DNA of 64,000 nucleotides from a virus (Duplodnaviria; Caudoviricetes), in IMG/VR virus record IMGVR_UViG_3300014039_000538, positions 2,460 through 66,459 of that record; one strand, given 5' to 3'. A program made the position numbers and the translations under genes. Positions 27,790 to 36,146 of this stretch are shown here, in pieces (position 1 is the first letter of the stretch; each line of letters begins with the position of its first letter). The notes beneath the pieces are model-generated. The model worked only from the letters and a program-made list of their open reading frames with translations, had not been told where the DNA came from and did not search any database.

Positions 27790-29282
27790 TATTTTGCCCC
27801 CTTGTTGAGCCTTGTCTGCAAGAACTCAAAATATTTTGGATTCATAGGTCTTCCGGTGTTCATGCACTTCTGAAAGTCCGATGAAATCATGCTCGACTGA
27901 ATCATGTCGATTGCGCCTTCGTCTACTGCCTTTTTAAGAACAAGCTGCACATTGTACAGGTCATCTTCTGTAGGTCTAGCCAAAAGATTCTGCTTACCTG
28001 CGTTAATGCTTTTGTTAAGCACTGTGCGAGGTGGAATCTTCTGATTTCCGATTGCTGAAACCATTTCTGCAAGTCCGACAATAGCCTCTCCTAAATCGTT
28101 AAGGCGTTTTTCTGTGGCTTTCTGTGATTTAGCCAAAGTAGTAATTGAAGCGTCCAGTGCTTTCAACACTTCGCCGCCGTCTACCATGTCTTCATCATTG
28201 TTTTCGCCGTCGTCCTCGTTTTCTTCATCTTCGTCGTCCTCATCTTCGTCTTCATCGTCAAGGTCAATGCCGTCGTTTTCATCACCGAGGTTTTCGTCGT
28301 CAGCGTTTGCGCCGTCTTCGTTGCCCTTCTTGATGTCTTCGTCATCGTCCTTTGGATTGCCGCCTGTGAGAGATTTCAGAAGGTCAGAAACCGCATTGGA
28401 AAATGATTTTTTCATCATTTGCCCCCCTTGATTTATTATTTCCGAGGTAATCTCCCCGGCTTTTTCCTTTGAAATACCGTGTAAAATTAAGAACTCAATA
28501 GCGTCGTCCTTGCCGTTGATTCTGCGATTCTTAGCAAGTTCAACAAGCTGCGCTATGATTTCTTCTTCGTTTACATCGGATTTACTGATTGCGTGAGTAT
28601 TTGAAACATCAATAGTCTTTGTGCTTACATCTTCCGGGATAAGTGCCTGTCCGCCGGTCTTTATAGCGGAATCAGTGTTATATCCGGCGCAAAGTGATTT
28701 TTTTAATTCAAGCGGCAAATAGTCTACAAACTCCGCCGCCGTCATGCTTTTTGCAAAAACTGCACTTCCTACCGTGTTATTTACCGGGCTTGTTGTAAGC
28801 GCAAGGTCATTCCAAAGAACATGAGTGATTTTTTCAACGCCGGTTTTAAGATTTTTTACTACCTGTGGGAAAATACCGCCGACACTGGCGCGTACTCTTG
28901 TAGAACCGGCTTTAAGCATTTTAATCAGGTCTTTTGCTTTATCGTTGTTTGAGTAGAGTTTACCTTTTACGATTGTCTTTTTGTTTTCTTCGTCAAAATA
29001 AACATCTATCGGCTCACCGATAACCATTGAAGGGTCTGAAATAATATTGCCCTCTTCGTTTCTGCGCTTGTGTAAATGGTCAAAAGAAATAACGCCGCCC
29101 TTTAAGAACTCGTCTTTTGATTCCATTAAAGCGCGCTGCAATACAATCTGATTCTGTAAGTCAAGATTTTCGTTTGACGCTTCTACTTCAAAAATATAAT
29201 TTCCAAAGTCGTCTGTTTTTCCTGCGGATTTTCGTATCTCCAAATTGAGATAAACATCATTGAACTTGTCTGTATCGGTCAT
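27789..29282 (-). CDS. Prohead protease with C-terminal scaffold-like region
   Basis: EVEASNENLDLQNQ, HLH, ASVGG, LALTTSPVN motifs; acidic linker; likely start MTDTDKF at 29282. Confidence 0.85.
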   Translation of the reverse strand: MTDTDKFNDVYLNLEIRKSAGKTDDFGNYIFEVEASNENLDLQNQIVLQRALMESKDEFLKGGVISFDHLHKRRNEEGNIISDPSMVIGEPIDVYFDEENKKTIVKGKLYSNNDKAKDLIKMLKAGSTRVRASVGGIFPQVVKNLKTGVEKITHVLWNDLALTTSPVNNTVGSAVFAKSMTAAEFVDYLPLELKKSLCAGYNTDSAIKTGGQALIPEDVSTKTIDVSNTHAISKSDVNEEEIIAQLVELAKNRRINGKDDAIEFLILHGISKEKAGEITSEIINQGGQMMKKSFSNAVSDLLKSLTGGNPKDDDEDIKKGNEDGANADDENLGDENDGIDLDDEDEDEDDEDEENEDDGENNDEDMVDGGEVLKALDASITTLAKSQKATEKRLNDLGEAIVGLAEMVSAIGNQKIPPRTVLNKSINAGKQNLLARPTEDDLYNVQLVLKKAVDEGAIDMIQSSMISSDFQKCMNTGRPMNPKYFEFLQTRLNKGAK

Positions 29283-29302
29283 TATGCACCCCGAAAAGAA
29301 AT

Positions 29303-29458
29303 AAAAAAAAGACAGTCCGCAAAAGTTCAGTACAAGCCGTACCGTCTTTTTCCGAGACTGCCTTCTTAGAGTGCAAATCACATGGAATCTTATTCAAGAA
29401 GTTTTTTGTTAAAAACTCTTATTTTCTACATTCTAAAATCTATGGCTCTATTTGTCAA
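29303..29458 (-). promoter_or_regulatory. Leader cassette C: promoter, conserved box, terminator
   Basis: TTGACA-N17-TAGAAT (29458-29430); TTTGCACT-N5-AAGGCAG (29377-29358); long hairpin; U8 at 29303-29310. Confidence 0.75.
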
Positions 29459-29471
29459 GTTTTAAGACCGT

Positions 29472-30035
29472 TTATTGAAATACCTTGTCAATAGTCTTTT
29501 TGAACTCCTTATAAAGTTTTGAATACGCCGCGCCGCTCATTTTGCCGTCAGTTCCCGGATTCAATAAAGCTGCTGCAACTCCGCGATAATACCACTCAAT
29601 AGAATCTTTATCGGCGTTGAATCGCTTCCAAAGTTCCGCGCCTACTTCCTGTTTATCACGGTACATACTGCGGATATTAGAGAGTTTATCAGCGAAACAA
29701 ACAAGTTTGGTCGCCGGATTTTCGCCTTTAAGTCGCTCGATAGTCGCCGCTTTTCGTTCCTTCCATGTTTTACTTTTGTCTTCGCTTTCGCCCTGAACGA
29801 TTGATAAAACATCAGCCCCGAAAAGTTCCTTAATTTCTTCCGGCGTCGCGTCCGTGTCTTCAAGTGTATCATGCAGGATTCCGGCGATAATTACATTTTC
29901 AGTACATCGCAATTCAGTGAGAATCTGCATAACTTCCATAGGGTGAACGATGTAAGGTATGTTTGTACCTTTTCTTTTCTGCCCTTCGTGTTTAAGTGTT
30001 GCAAAGATAATCGCCTTCTGAATGTTCAAACTCAT
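29472..30035 (-). CDS. HD-domain protein, Mesh1/SpoT-type small alarmone hydrolase-like
   Basis: AIIFA..KHEGQKRK...PYIVHP...AGILHDTLEDT...VCFADKLSN; AGGAG RBS at MSLNIQ; TGcTATAAT extended -10 at 30069-30077. Confidence 0.85.
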   Translation of the reverse strand: MSLNIQKAIIFATLKHEGQKRKGTNIPYIVHPMEVMQILTELRCTENVIIAGILHDTLEDTDATPEEIKELFGADVLSIVQGESEDKSKTWKERKAATIERLKGENPATKLVCFADKLSNIRSMYRDKQEVGAELWKRFNADKDSIEWYYRGVAAALLNPGTDGKMSGAAYSKLYKEFKKTIDKVFQ

Positions 30036-30131
30036 TTTGATTTCTCCTGTAAAAAATGCGTTATGCACATTATAGCACATAACGCCCGACTTATCATTCA
30101 CAATACTTTCCTTAAAAACCGGCAGAATCTG

Positions 30132-30437
30132 TTATTCGTCCTGCTCTACAGTGATTTCAGTTTCGCCTTTCTTGTACTTTTTGTAGCAAGCCGCTCCAAC
30201 AAACCACCAGCCCATATCCGCATTGTTTTTCAAATCCCCTTCGTACTCTGTAAAATACTCACCGCCTTCAATCATTCTTAGCTGATACCGTTTTCCGCCT
30301 TCTTTAAGCTCTTTTCCGCAGCCGCCGCAAATATTGTTTGAATCAACGCCTCTGTCATAGCATTTCTCTTCATTTTCTTCTCTCTTTGGAGAAAAAACCA
30401 AATCAGAATCCGTACCTATAATCTTTATATTTTTCAT
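30132..30437 (-). CDS. Hypothetical protein
   Basis: Likely start MKNIKII behind AGGAG. Confidence 0.55.
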   Translation of the reverse strand: MKNIKIIGTDSDLVFSPKREENEEKCYDRGVDSNNICGGCGKELKEGGKRYQLRMIEGGEYFTEYEGDLKNNADMGWWFVGAACYKKYKKGETEITVEQDE

Positions 30438-30482
30438 TCTAACTCCTTGCCGAGATAATACCCGGCGCATTTTTCTGTATTT

Positions 30483-30785
30483 TTAAGCTGATTCATAAGT
30501 AGCAGCCAAACCGTTCATGTAAGCCCAATGAGCGGTGCAACTGAATGTGCTTTCGTCTTTTGCAAGAAGTCCATACTTCTCATAAAGCGGATAGCAGGCC
30601 TTCGCGACCTCTACATTTGAGGCTGAATCGGGGATTTCAACTTCTTCCAAAACTTCCCTTACAGATTCGTCTACCGGCTCGAAGAAAAGCTTCCCGAAAA
30701 ACTGCCTGCCCCTCTTTTCGGCTACCACTGTCAGTTTTTCTTCTTCAAGAATTTCACTCCAAACTTTGGCAATTTTTATCTTCAT
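30483..30785 (-). CDS. Hypothetical protein
   Basis: GGGAG RBS; upstream TTGATA-N17-TATATT at 30857-30829. Confidence 0.6.
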   Translation of the reverse strand: MKIKIAKVWSEILEEEKLTVVAEKRGRQFFGKLFFEPVDESVREVLEEVEIPDSASNVEVAKACYPLYEKYGLLAKDESTFSCTAHWAYMNGLAATYESA

Positions 30786-30933
30786 AAGTTCGCTCCCTGC
30801 AAGGCTTCTACCACCGCCCTACGTCTATAATATAAACTACGAACTTTATATTATCAAGTTATAAATACACTTTTAACGCAATATTTGCACGTTTCATATT
30901 GATTTTATTAAGCTACAACTATATATTGTAACC

Positions 30934-31149
30934 ATGAATATCAAGGAATATATAAAACTCTGTTGTGTAAAACGGAATATCTCTAATGCTGAATTGGCAA
31001 GATTGACAGGACAAACGCCGCAAAATTTCAATCAGAAAATGCAACGCAATTCTTTTCAGTCGTCAGAACTTGAAAAGATTGCGAATTCACTAAATGCGGA
31101 TTTGGAAATAAAGTTTATTGACCGGGAAACAGGAAAGGCGATTATTTAG
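30934..31149 (+). CDS. Cro/C1-type (XRE) helix-turn-helix regulator
   Basis: ISNAELARLTGQTPQNFNQKM...ELEKIANSL; the only clear plus-strand gene, divergent from 30785. Confidence 0.85.
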   Translation: MNIKEYIKLCCVKRNISNAELARLTGQTPQNFNQKMQRNSFQSSELEKIANSLNADLEIKFIDRETGKAII

Positions 31150-31940
31150 TCGCTTTCGCAACTGTCAAATATACCCTCTATGGAATCTTTTTGTTTTTGC
31201 GAAAGATTGGAATACAATGGATTCACCAAAGAATAGAATGATTCTTCAAAAGCCTTGCTTTCCCTGTATGAATCATCTTTTTGATTGTAAGTGTCTATTG
31301 CATAACGGTCAAATACACTTAACTTGTTTATTCTGTCGGTACATATTTTCTCAAAATCGTAATAACCAACTTCTTGTAAATAATAATCATCATCGGGATT
31401 ATAACCTTGACAATAAAATCGATAAGAAATCAATTCAGCCCAAGAAACGGTATCACCTTTTTTAGTTTTAAGTTTGTCAAACTTCTTTAACTCTTCTTCA
31501 ACGATTTTTTTGACCATTTCAGGCACTTCTTTATCAATCTTTTCTAAAAATTCATCATACATTGATTCTTTATATTTCAAGTCTCTGTATTCACTGTCAG
31601 AAATTGTTTTGAAACAGTCGTTGTCGCAAGACAGCTCAACATCATGTTTTCCTTTATTTAATAAGAGTTCATAATCACCAAGTTTTATATTTTTTTCTAC
31701 ACATCTTTCTAAATTCAATTTTTCTATAATTTCATCAGTCAGATATATTCTTGTTGGTCTGCGTTTTTGGTATTTCTCAAAATCCTCAAGAAGTTTTATA
31801 AGCTCATTCTTGCAATTATCAGTTACCTCATAAACCTTGCAAAACATTGAATTGCTTGAAAAATAAAAACCAACAATTCCGTTTCCTGTTGATTCTCTCT
31901 CTTCATCTGCCCAGTCTGACATAAAAGACATTCCTTCCAC
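31146..31940 (-). CDS. Hypothetical acidic protein
   Basis: 264-aa AT-rich ORF; AGGAG RBS before GTG 31940. Confidence 0.6.
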   Translation of the reverse strand: MEGMSFMSDWADEERESTGNGIVGFYFSSNSMFCKVYEVTDNCKNELIKLLEDFEKYQKRRPTRIYLTDEIIEKLNLERCVEKNIKLGDYELLLNKGKHDVELSCDNDCFKTISDSEYRDLKYKESMYDEFLEKIDKEVPEMVKKIVEEELKKFDKLKTKKGDTVSWAELISYRFYCQGYNPDDDYYLQEVGYYDFEKICTDRINKLSVFDRYAIDTYNQKDDSYRESKAFEESFYSLVNPLYSNLSQKQKDSIEGIFDSCESD

Positions 31941-31994
31941 TTTGTACGCTCCTGTGAAAACAATATGATTGCTTACATTGTCGGCAAAATGTTT

Positions 31995-32025
31995 AAAATA
32001 AAAAAGCCCTAGACTTGCTAGGGCT
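31995..32025 (-). terminator. Intrinsic terminator
   Basis: agccctag-acttg-ctagggct 8-bp stem (32005-32025) plus U-run. Confidence 0.75.
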
Positions 32026-32055
32026 ATGATTATTCAGGAAAAAATAGCGGTCTAC

Positions 32056-32238
32056 TTAATTATTTGCGGAGAGTTCTTCCATTCGCTTTTTAGCGTATTC
32101 TTCGGTACAACCACCCCACATAATATCAACGCAATTATAACGCTCTTCGAGTTTCTTTGTCTTTGCATTAAAAGCGTAGTGTTTACCGTTTTGGTCGATT
32201 GCATAAACCCAATCGTTATCATCAAGATAGTAATTCAT
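32056..32238 (-). CDS. Small moron-like protein with its own promoter and terminator
   Basis: 60 aa; TTGACA-N17-TAAGAT at 32286-32258; terminator at 31995-32025. Confidence 0.65.
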   Translation of the reverse strand: MNYYLDDNDWVYAIDQNGKHYAFNAKTKKLEERYNCVDIMWGGCTEEYAKKRMEELSANN

Positions 32239-32290
32239 AACTTACCCCTGCGCTTGTATCTTAAGCTAGATAGTTTTATTTGTCAAATGT

Positions 32291-33541
32291 TTATTTAATG
32301 TAGTTAATCAAGTGTTCAAAATGCTCGATTGTCTTGCCAGTCAATACGCCTTCTCTTTTTGCCTGTTCAAACAATAGCATAGCCTTGTCTACATGGCTTC
32401 TGATTACAGCGGCGTAAGGAGCGTGTTTATACTCACCGTCAAAAATATTCGCGTTGCCGTCTTTGCCTTTTGGAATATCTCTTGTCGGGAAATTGCCTTC
32501 TTTTGAGTATTTATTTGAAAGTCCGTAAAGGTCTTTTTGTGCCTCACCCATAATTTCGGCAAGTTTCTCGTACTTCGGATTACTTTTAACTGAACGGTAG
32601 ACTTCGTAAAGCACGTGTCCGTACCGCTCTTTTGCAACCATATTTGCGGTAGTATTTACCTGCAATTCAACGATTGCTCCGTTTGAAAGTTTGACATTAC
32701 AGTTGATGTCTGAATATCCAACCGGCGACGGCTTGCCAAAGTTATTTTTAATGCGCGCAACTTCTTTTCTGCCGTCAAGATGTTTAAGAATGTTTGCAAC
32801 ATCTTCAACGCTATTCAAACAGATTGTATGTCCGTCGCAATCGCGGATTGTACGGCAATGGTAAGTATCTGTTTTTTTATCATAAACAACATCTTTACAA
32901 CCGTTAAGGTCGTTTTGTTTTTGGTCTTCGCGTAACTTTTCTTTAATGCGGTCTTCGCTCTTCAAAGTAGCGCGCTTCATGATGATAGGATTCAGGGCTG
33001 CAAACTCTTTAGCTACGCTATCGGTGAAGTCGTTAAACTCGCCTCTTGCAGCTTCAATAGTTTTGTACAATCCTTTGATTGTGTCGCAAGAATCCGGCTG
33101 CATACCGTCAGTACCGCGCCAACCTGATTTTACACTGTTTGCGTCCATAAGTCCGCGGATAGCGTCGTTCGGGTTAATCATTTTTGTAACCTGTTTTACA
33201 TCTTCATGCTTTACCCGGAAAGTCTGTCCTTTAGCGTTTCCAGTTCCTTTGACTGTAACGCCGTCTCTTCCAACGCCTACAATTTCGCCGGTCATATCTA
33301 CGCCGCCATTGTTAAATACAATGTGGTCGCCGGTAGTATGAACGTAAGAGTGTTTGCCTTCCTCTTTTGGCTCTGCCTTGCCTTTGTTTTTGCCTTCTTC
33401 CGGCTTGTCGATTTTCTTGTAAACGGTTTTACGGTGTCCGTTTTTATCGGTAATAATTTCCTTGCGCAATTTCGACAAGTCTTTTTTACCGAACGCCTTT
33501 TCCATTTCGGCATAAACCGCTTTTGAAAACATAACTTTCAT
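32291..33541 (-). CDS. Head-region protein with RelA/SpoT-like nucleotidyltransferase domain
   Basis: RATLKSEDRIKEK, RDCDG, GYSDIN, ELQVNT and GHVLYE match the order of RSH synthetase motifs. Confidence 0.7.
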   Translation of the reverse strand: MKVMFSKAVYAEMEKAFGKKDLSKLRKEIITDKNGHRKTVYKKIDKPEEGKNKGKAEPKEEGKHSYVHTTGDHIVFNNGGVDMTGEIVGVGRDGVTVKGTGNAKGQTFRVKHEDVKQVTKMINPNDAIRGLMDANSVKSGWRGTDGMQPDSCDTIKGLYKTIEAARGEFNDFTDSVAKEFAALNPIIMKRATLKSEDRIKEKLREDQKQNDLNGCKDVVYDKKTDTYHCRTIRDCDGHTICLNSVEDVANILKHLDGRKEVARIKNNFGKPSPVGYSDINCNVKLSNGAIVELQVNTTANMVAKERYGHVLYEVYRSVKSNPKYEKLAEIMGEAQKDLYGLSNKYSKEGNFPTRDIPKGKDGNANIFDGEYKHAPYAAVIRSHVDKAMLLFEQAKREGVLTGKTIEHFEHLINYIK

Positions 33542-33555
33542 TTGCTTTACCTCCC

Positions 33556-36000
33556 TTATGCAATGCCTGAAAGAATATCTGCGACAATTTCTTTTATCGT
33601 CTGCTCTCTTTTACCAAGTTTAGAAAGAATATCCGTTATGGATTTCTTTATTTCCAAGAATCTGTTTAACAAACTTTCTTTTGATTCAACGCCGCCTAAG
33701 AAAATATCCTGCTCGCCGCTTGCGCTCGCTCTCAATCCTGCGCCTAAATCCCTCATACGCTGCGCAAACGCTTTTTCGCCTTCGTCGTGAATAATCTCCG
33801 CAAGGCGTGAAGTTGCCGCGTCAGGCTCTTTTTCGCCGAATAACTTACCCTGCGATAAATAAGTTTTTACATCGGGAAATGTCTTATGGTCTTTTGCAAC
33901 CGTAACGGCGATATTTACCGCGTCATTAAGTTCTGTATTGAATGAGTATTCTTTGCCAGTTCCTTTATTTTCAATCAGCGGTAAAATGGCTCTTACAAGT
34001 TTCTGCCTGATTCTTTTACCACTTGCGCCGTCAAGTTTTCGTATGTTATCCTCGTTCAGTACGCTTCCGACAAGTACAGTTTCGCAAAAGTCTTTACCTG
34101 TATCGTTCAAAGTTCCGTCAGTGCGGCAATACTGCGCTTTTTCGTTTTCTCCGATGATTCCGGCGGAAATAAGTTTATTTACAAACTCTTGACTTCCCTT
34201 CGTGTCCGCGTAAAGTTCGCCCATTGTGTCATATCCCTGCAAACTTTCAGCAATCGACTGTATTTTTTCAGCGTTAAGTGTTTTTGTAAGTTTTACCGCC
34301 TTTTCAACATTATTCATTGTCTTTTTTGTGTCGCGGTTGAACTGTGCAAACTCTTCTGTAGTGTAGTCGCCTTCATGCTCATTGTCAGTTTCAAGAATAA
34401 GGCGCGGATTCTCAAAGCCGTTTAAGTCTTCCGGCTCTATTCCGTATTCATCCGCCATTTCTCTTAAATCCTGCAAGTATGCTTTATCAGTTCCCTGTCT
34501 TGCAGCAAGTTTACTTGACATAGTGCGGTTATTGCCGGAAATAACAATACCATCCTTTGTAACAATCGGCGGCGATTCAAGCGCAAGAGAATTGAAGTTG
34601 CTTGCAATTTTTCTAACGCTTTCCTGTGCGTCCGCGTCATTCTGATAATCGCGGTCGTTTACGCTTTTGCCGTCCTTTGTTGTCGGAAATCCTTTAGAAG
34701 GTAAGAATGTTACTTCGTCATGGCTTGCCGTCGGTGCTTCTGCCTCTACAATTTTGTAATGGCATTTTATTTTAGTTCCGTCAGGAAGAGTAACGGTCTT
34801 TTTATTGCCGGTAACACTTTTTGACGCTTCGTATTTGCTGCGTATGTCTGAAAGACCTTTGGCTTTTGCCGATGACTGCTGTATATTGGAAGTGTCAGCG
34901 GTGTTCGCAGGAGTAGCCGTGTCATTCCTGCGGCTGCTACCAGTTTCGGCAGTGTCTGTCGTATTGCCGGAGACATCGCTACCTTTTTCGTATGCAGTTA
35001 ATAGCCACTTCTTGCTTTTTCCATCTTCCTGTGCTACATTGTCAATTGATTCAAGACCGTTATTCTTGCCGGTGGAGTTGCGCCCACCCTCATCAATCTT
35101 TGATGAAGACAAATCGGAAGTTGCCCCCGAAGGAGTGGCGGTCTTAATTTTTGACACATCATAGCCTCTTGTATTTGCAAGAATTTTCTTGATTTTATCC
35201 TCATCAACATTCTTATCCAAAATCCAAAAAGTTTTAGCATTAAGTGCCTTGTTTTTCTTTCCGTTCAAAACCTCTTCCACAAGAACACTTCCATGTTCAT
35301 TGTTTTTTACAAGCACAATGCGGTCTTTACCACCTTTCTTTATTCCTGCAACAGCAATATCAGGATTATCCATTACTTCACCGATTCTGTCTAAATCTTC
35401 CTGTGTAACTGCGACCTGTCCTCTTGAGGATTCTATTTTTCCTTTACCGTGCTTTTTTATTACATGACGTTCAAAATCTTCTGTTGTTTTATGCTTGAAT
35501 CCAGCAATATCAAGCCCTGTTTGTTTGGCAAGCTCCACAATCCAGTCTTTAACAGTGCCCACAAACTGCATTTTAGGTTTACTTCTGTCGTTTCTTCGTT
35601 TTTCCAGTTCATCATTTTTAGCGGAAATATAATCTGATAACTCCTTTACAAACGGTAGTGGTCTGCCCATTTCATCAGAAAATCTTTCGCGGTTTTCAAG
35701 CACAAGCTGCAATAATTCCTCTGAACTTTTGCACTCGTCTGCTTTTCTTTTAAGTGCTGCGATAGATAACTTTGCGCCGCGTGAATGACTGTCGTATTTA
35801 GGCTTCCACTTTCCCGGCGCAACTTTTATATATTTCTTGCCCTTCCAGTCTCTTACAGTTCCAACCGGCAAACCTTTACCGCCCTTCGCTATACTTTCAG
35901 CTTCCAAAAGTGATTTTTTAAGTTCTTCCTTATCAGCTTCCAAAGATTCAAGATGTTCAAGGATTTTCTTCTTGAAGTAATCCAGTTTTTCGTCTTTCAT
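33556..36000 (-). CDS. Polyvalent protein: shared N-terminal module, PBECR-like nuclease, ddrB-type ParB-like domain
   Basis: RHVIKKHG...VTQEDLDRIGEVMDNPD (PBECR3-like); ASHD...NDRDY...PPIV..DG.VISGNNRT (ParB-like). Confidence 0.65.
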   Translation of the reverse strand: MKDEKLDYFKKKILEHLESLEADKEELKKSLLEAESIAKGGKGLPVGTVRDWKGKKYIKVAPGKWKPKYDSHSRGAKLSIAALKRKADECKSSEELLQLVLENRERFSDEMGRPLPFVKELSDYISAKNDELEKRRNDRSKPKMQFVGTVKDWIVELAKQTGLDIAGFKHKTTEDFERHVIKKHGKGKIESSRGQVAVTQEDLDRIGEVMDNPDIAVAGIKKGGKDRIVLVKNNEHGSVLVEEVLNGKKNKALNAKTFWILDKNVDEDKIKKILANTRGYDVSKIKTATPSGATSDLSSSKIDEGGRNSTGKNNGLESIDNVAQEDGKSKKWLLTAYEKGSDVSGNTTDTAETGSSRRNDTATPANTADTSNIQQSSAKAKGLSDIRSKYEASKSVTGNKKTVTLPDGTKIKCHYKIVEAEAPTASHDEVTFLPSKGFPTTKDGKSVNDRDYQNDADAQESVRKIASNFNSLALESPPIVTKDGIVISGNNRTMSSKLAARQGTDKAYLQDLREMADEYGIEPEDLNGFENPRLILETDNEHEGDYTTEEFAQFNRDTKKTMNNVEKAVKLTKTLNAEKIQSIAESLQGYDTMGELYADTKGSQEFVNKLISAGIIGENEKAQYCRTDGTLNDTGKDFCETVLVGSVLNEDNIRKLDGASGKRIRQKLVRAILPLIENKGTGKEYSFNTELNDAVNIAVTVAKDHKTFPDVKTYLSQGKLFGEKEPDAATSRLAEIIHDEGEKAFAQRMRDLGAGLRASASGEQDIFLGGVESKESLLNRFLEIKKSITDILSKLGKREQTIKEIVADILSGIA

Positions 36001-36024
36001 TGTGCGCTCCGAAAAATTAAGTTT

Positions 36025-36146
36025 AAAAACAAAAACGCCGACTACTCCTAGAATAAATCTAAGAATAATCGGCGTTCGCTTTTGCGTAACAACCTAGATA
36101 TGGTTTAATATACCGGCATTATACACCGTTACATCTGTTTTGAAAA
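36025..36146 (-). promoter_or_regulatory. Promoter-leader-terminator cassette without the conserved box
   Basis: TTTTCA-N17-TATAAT (36146-36118); 19-bp stem with 3 G-U pairs (36034-36052/36058-36076) and a U-run. Confidence 0.55.

Noticed and set aside
28190-28330. TCGTCA/TCTTCA-rich tract as a phase-variable repeat
   Set aside because: Imperfect, codon-periodic, encodes the Asp/Glu linker of the protease.
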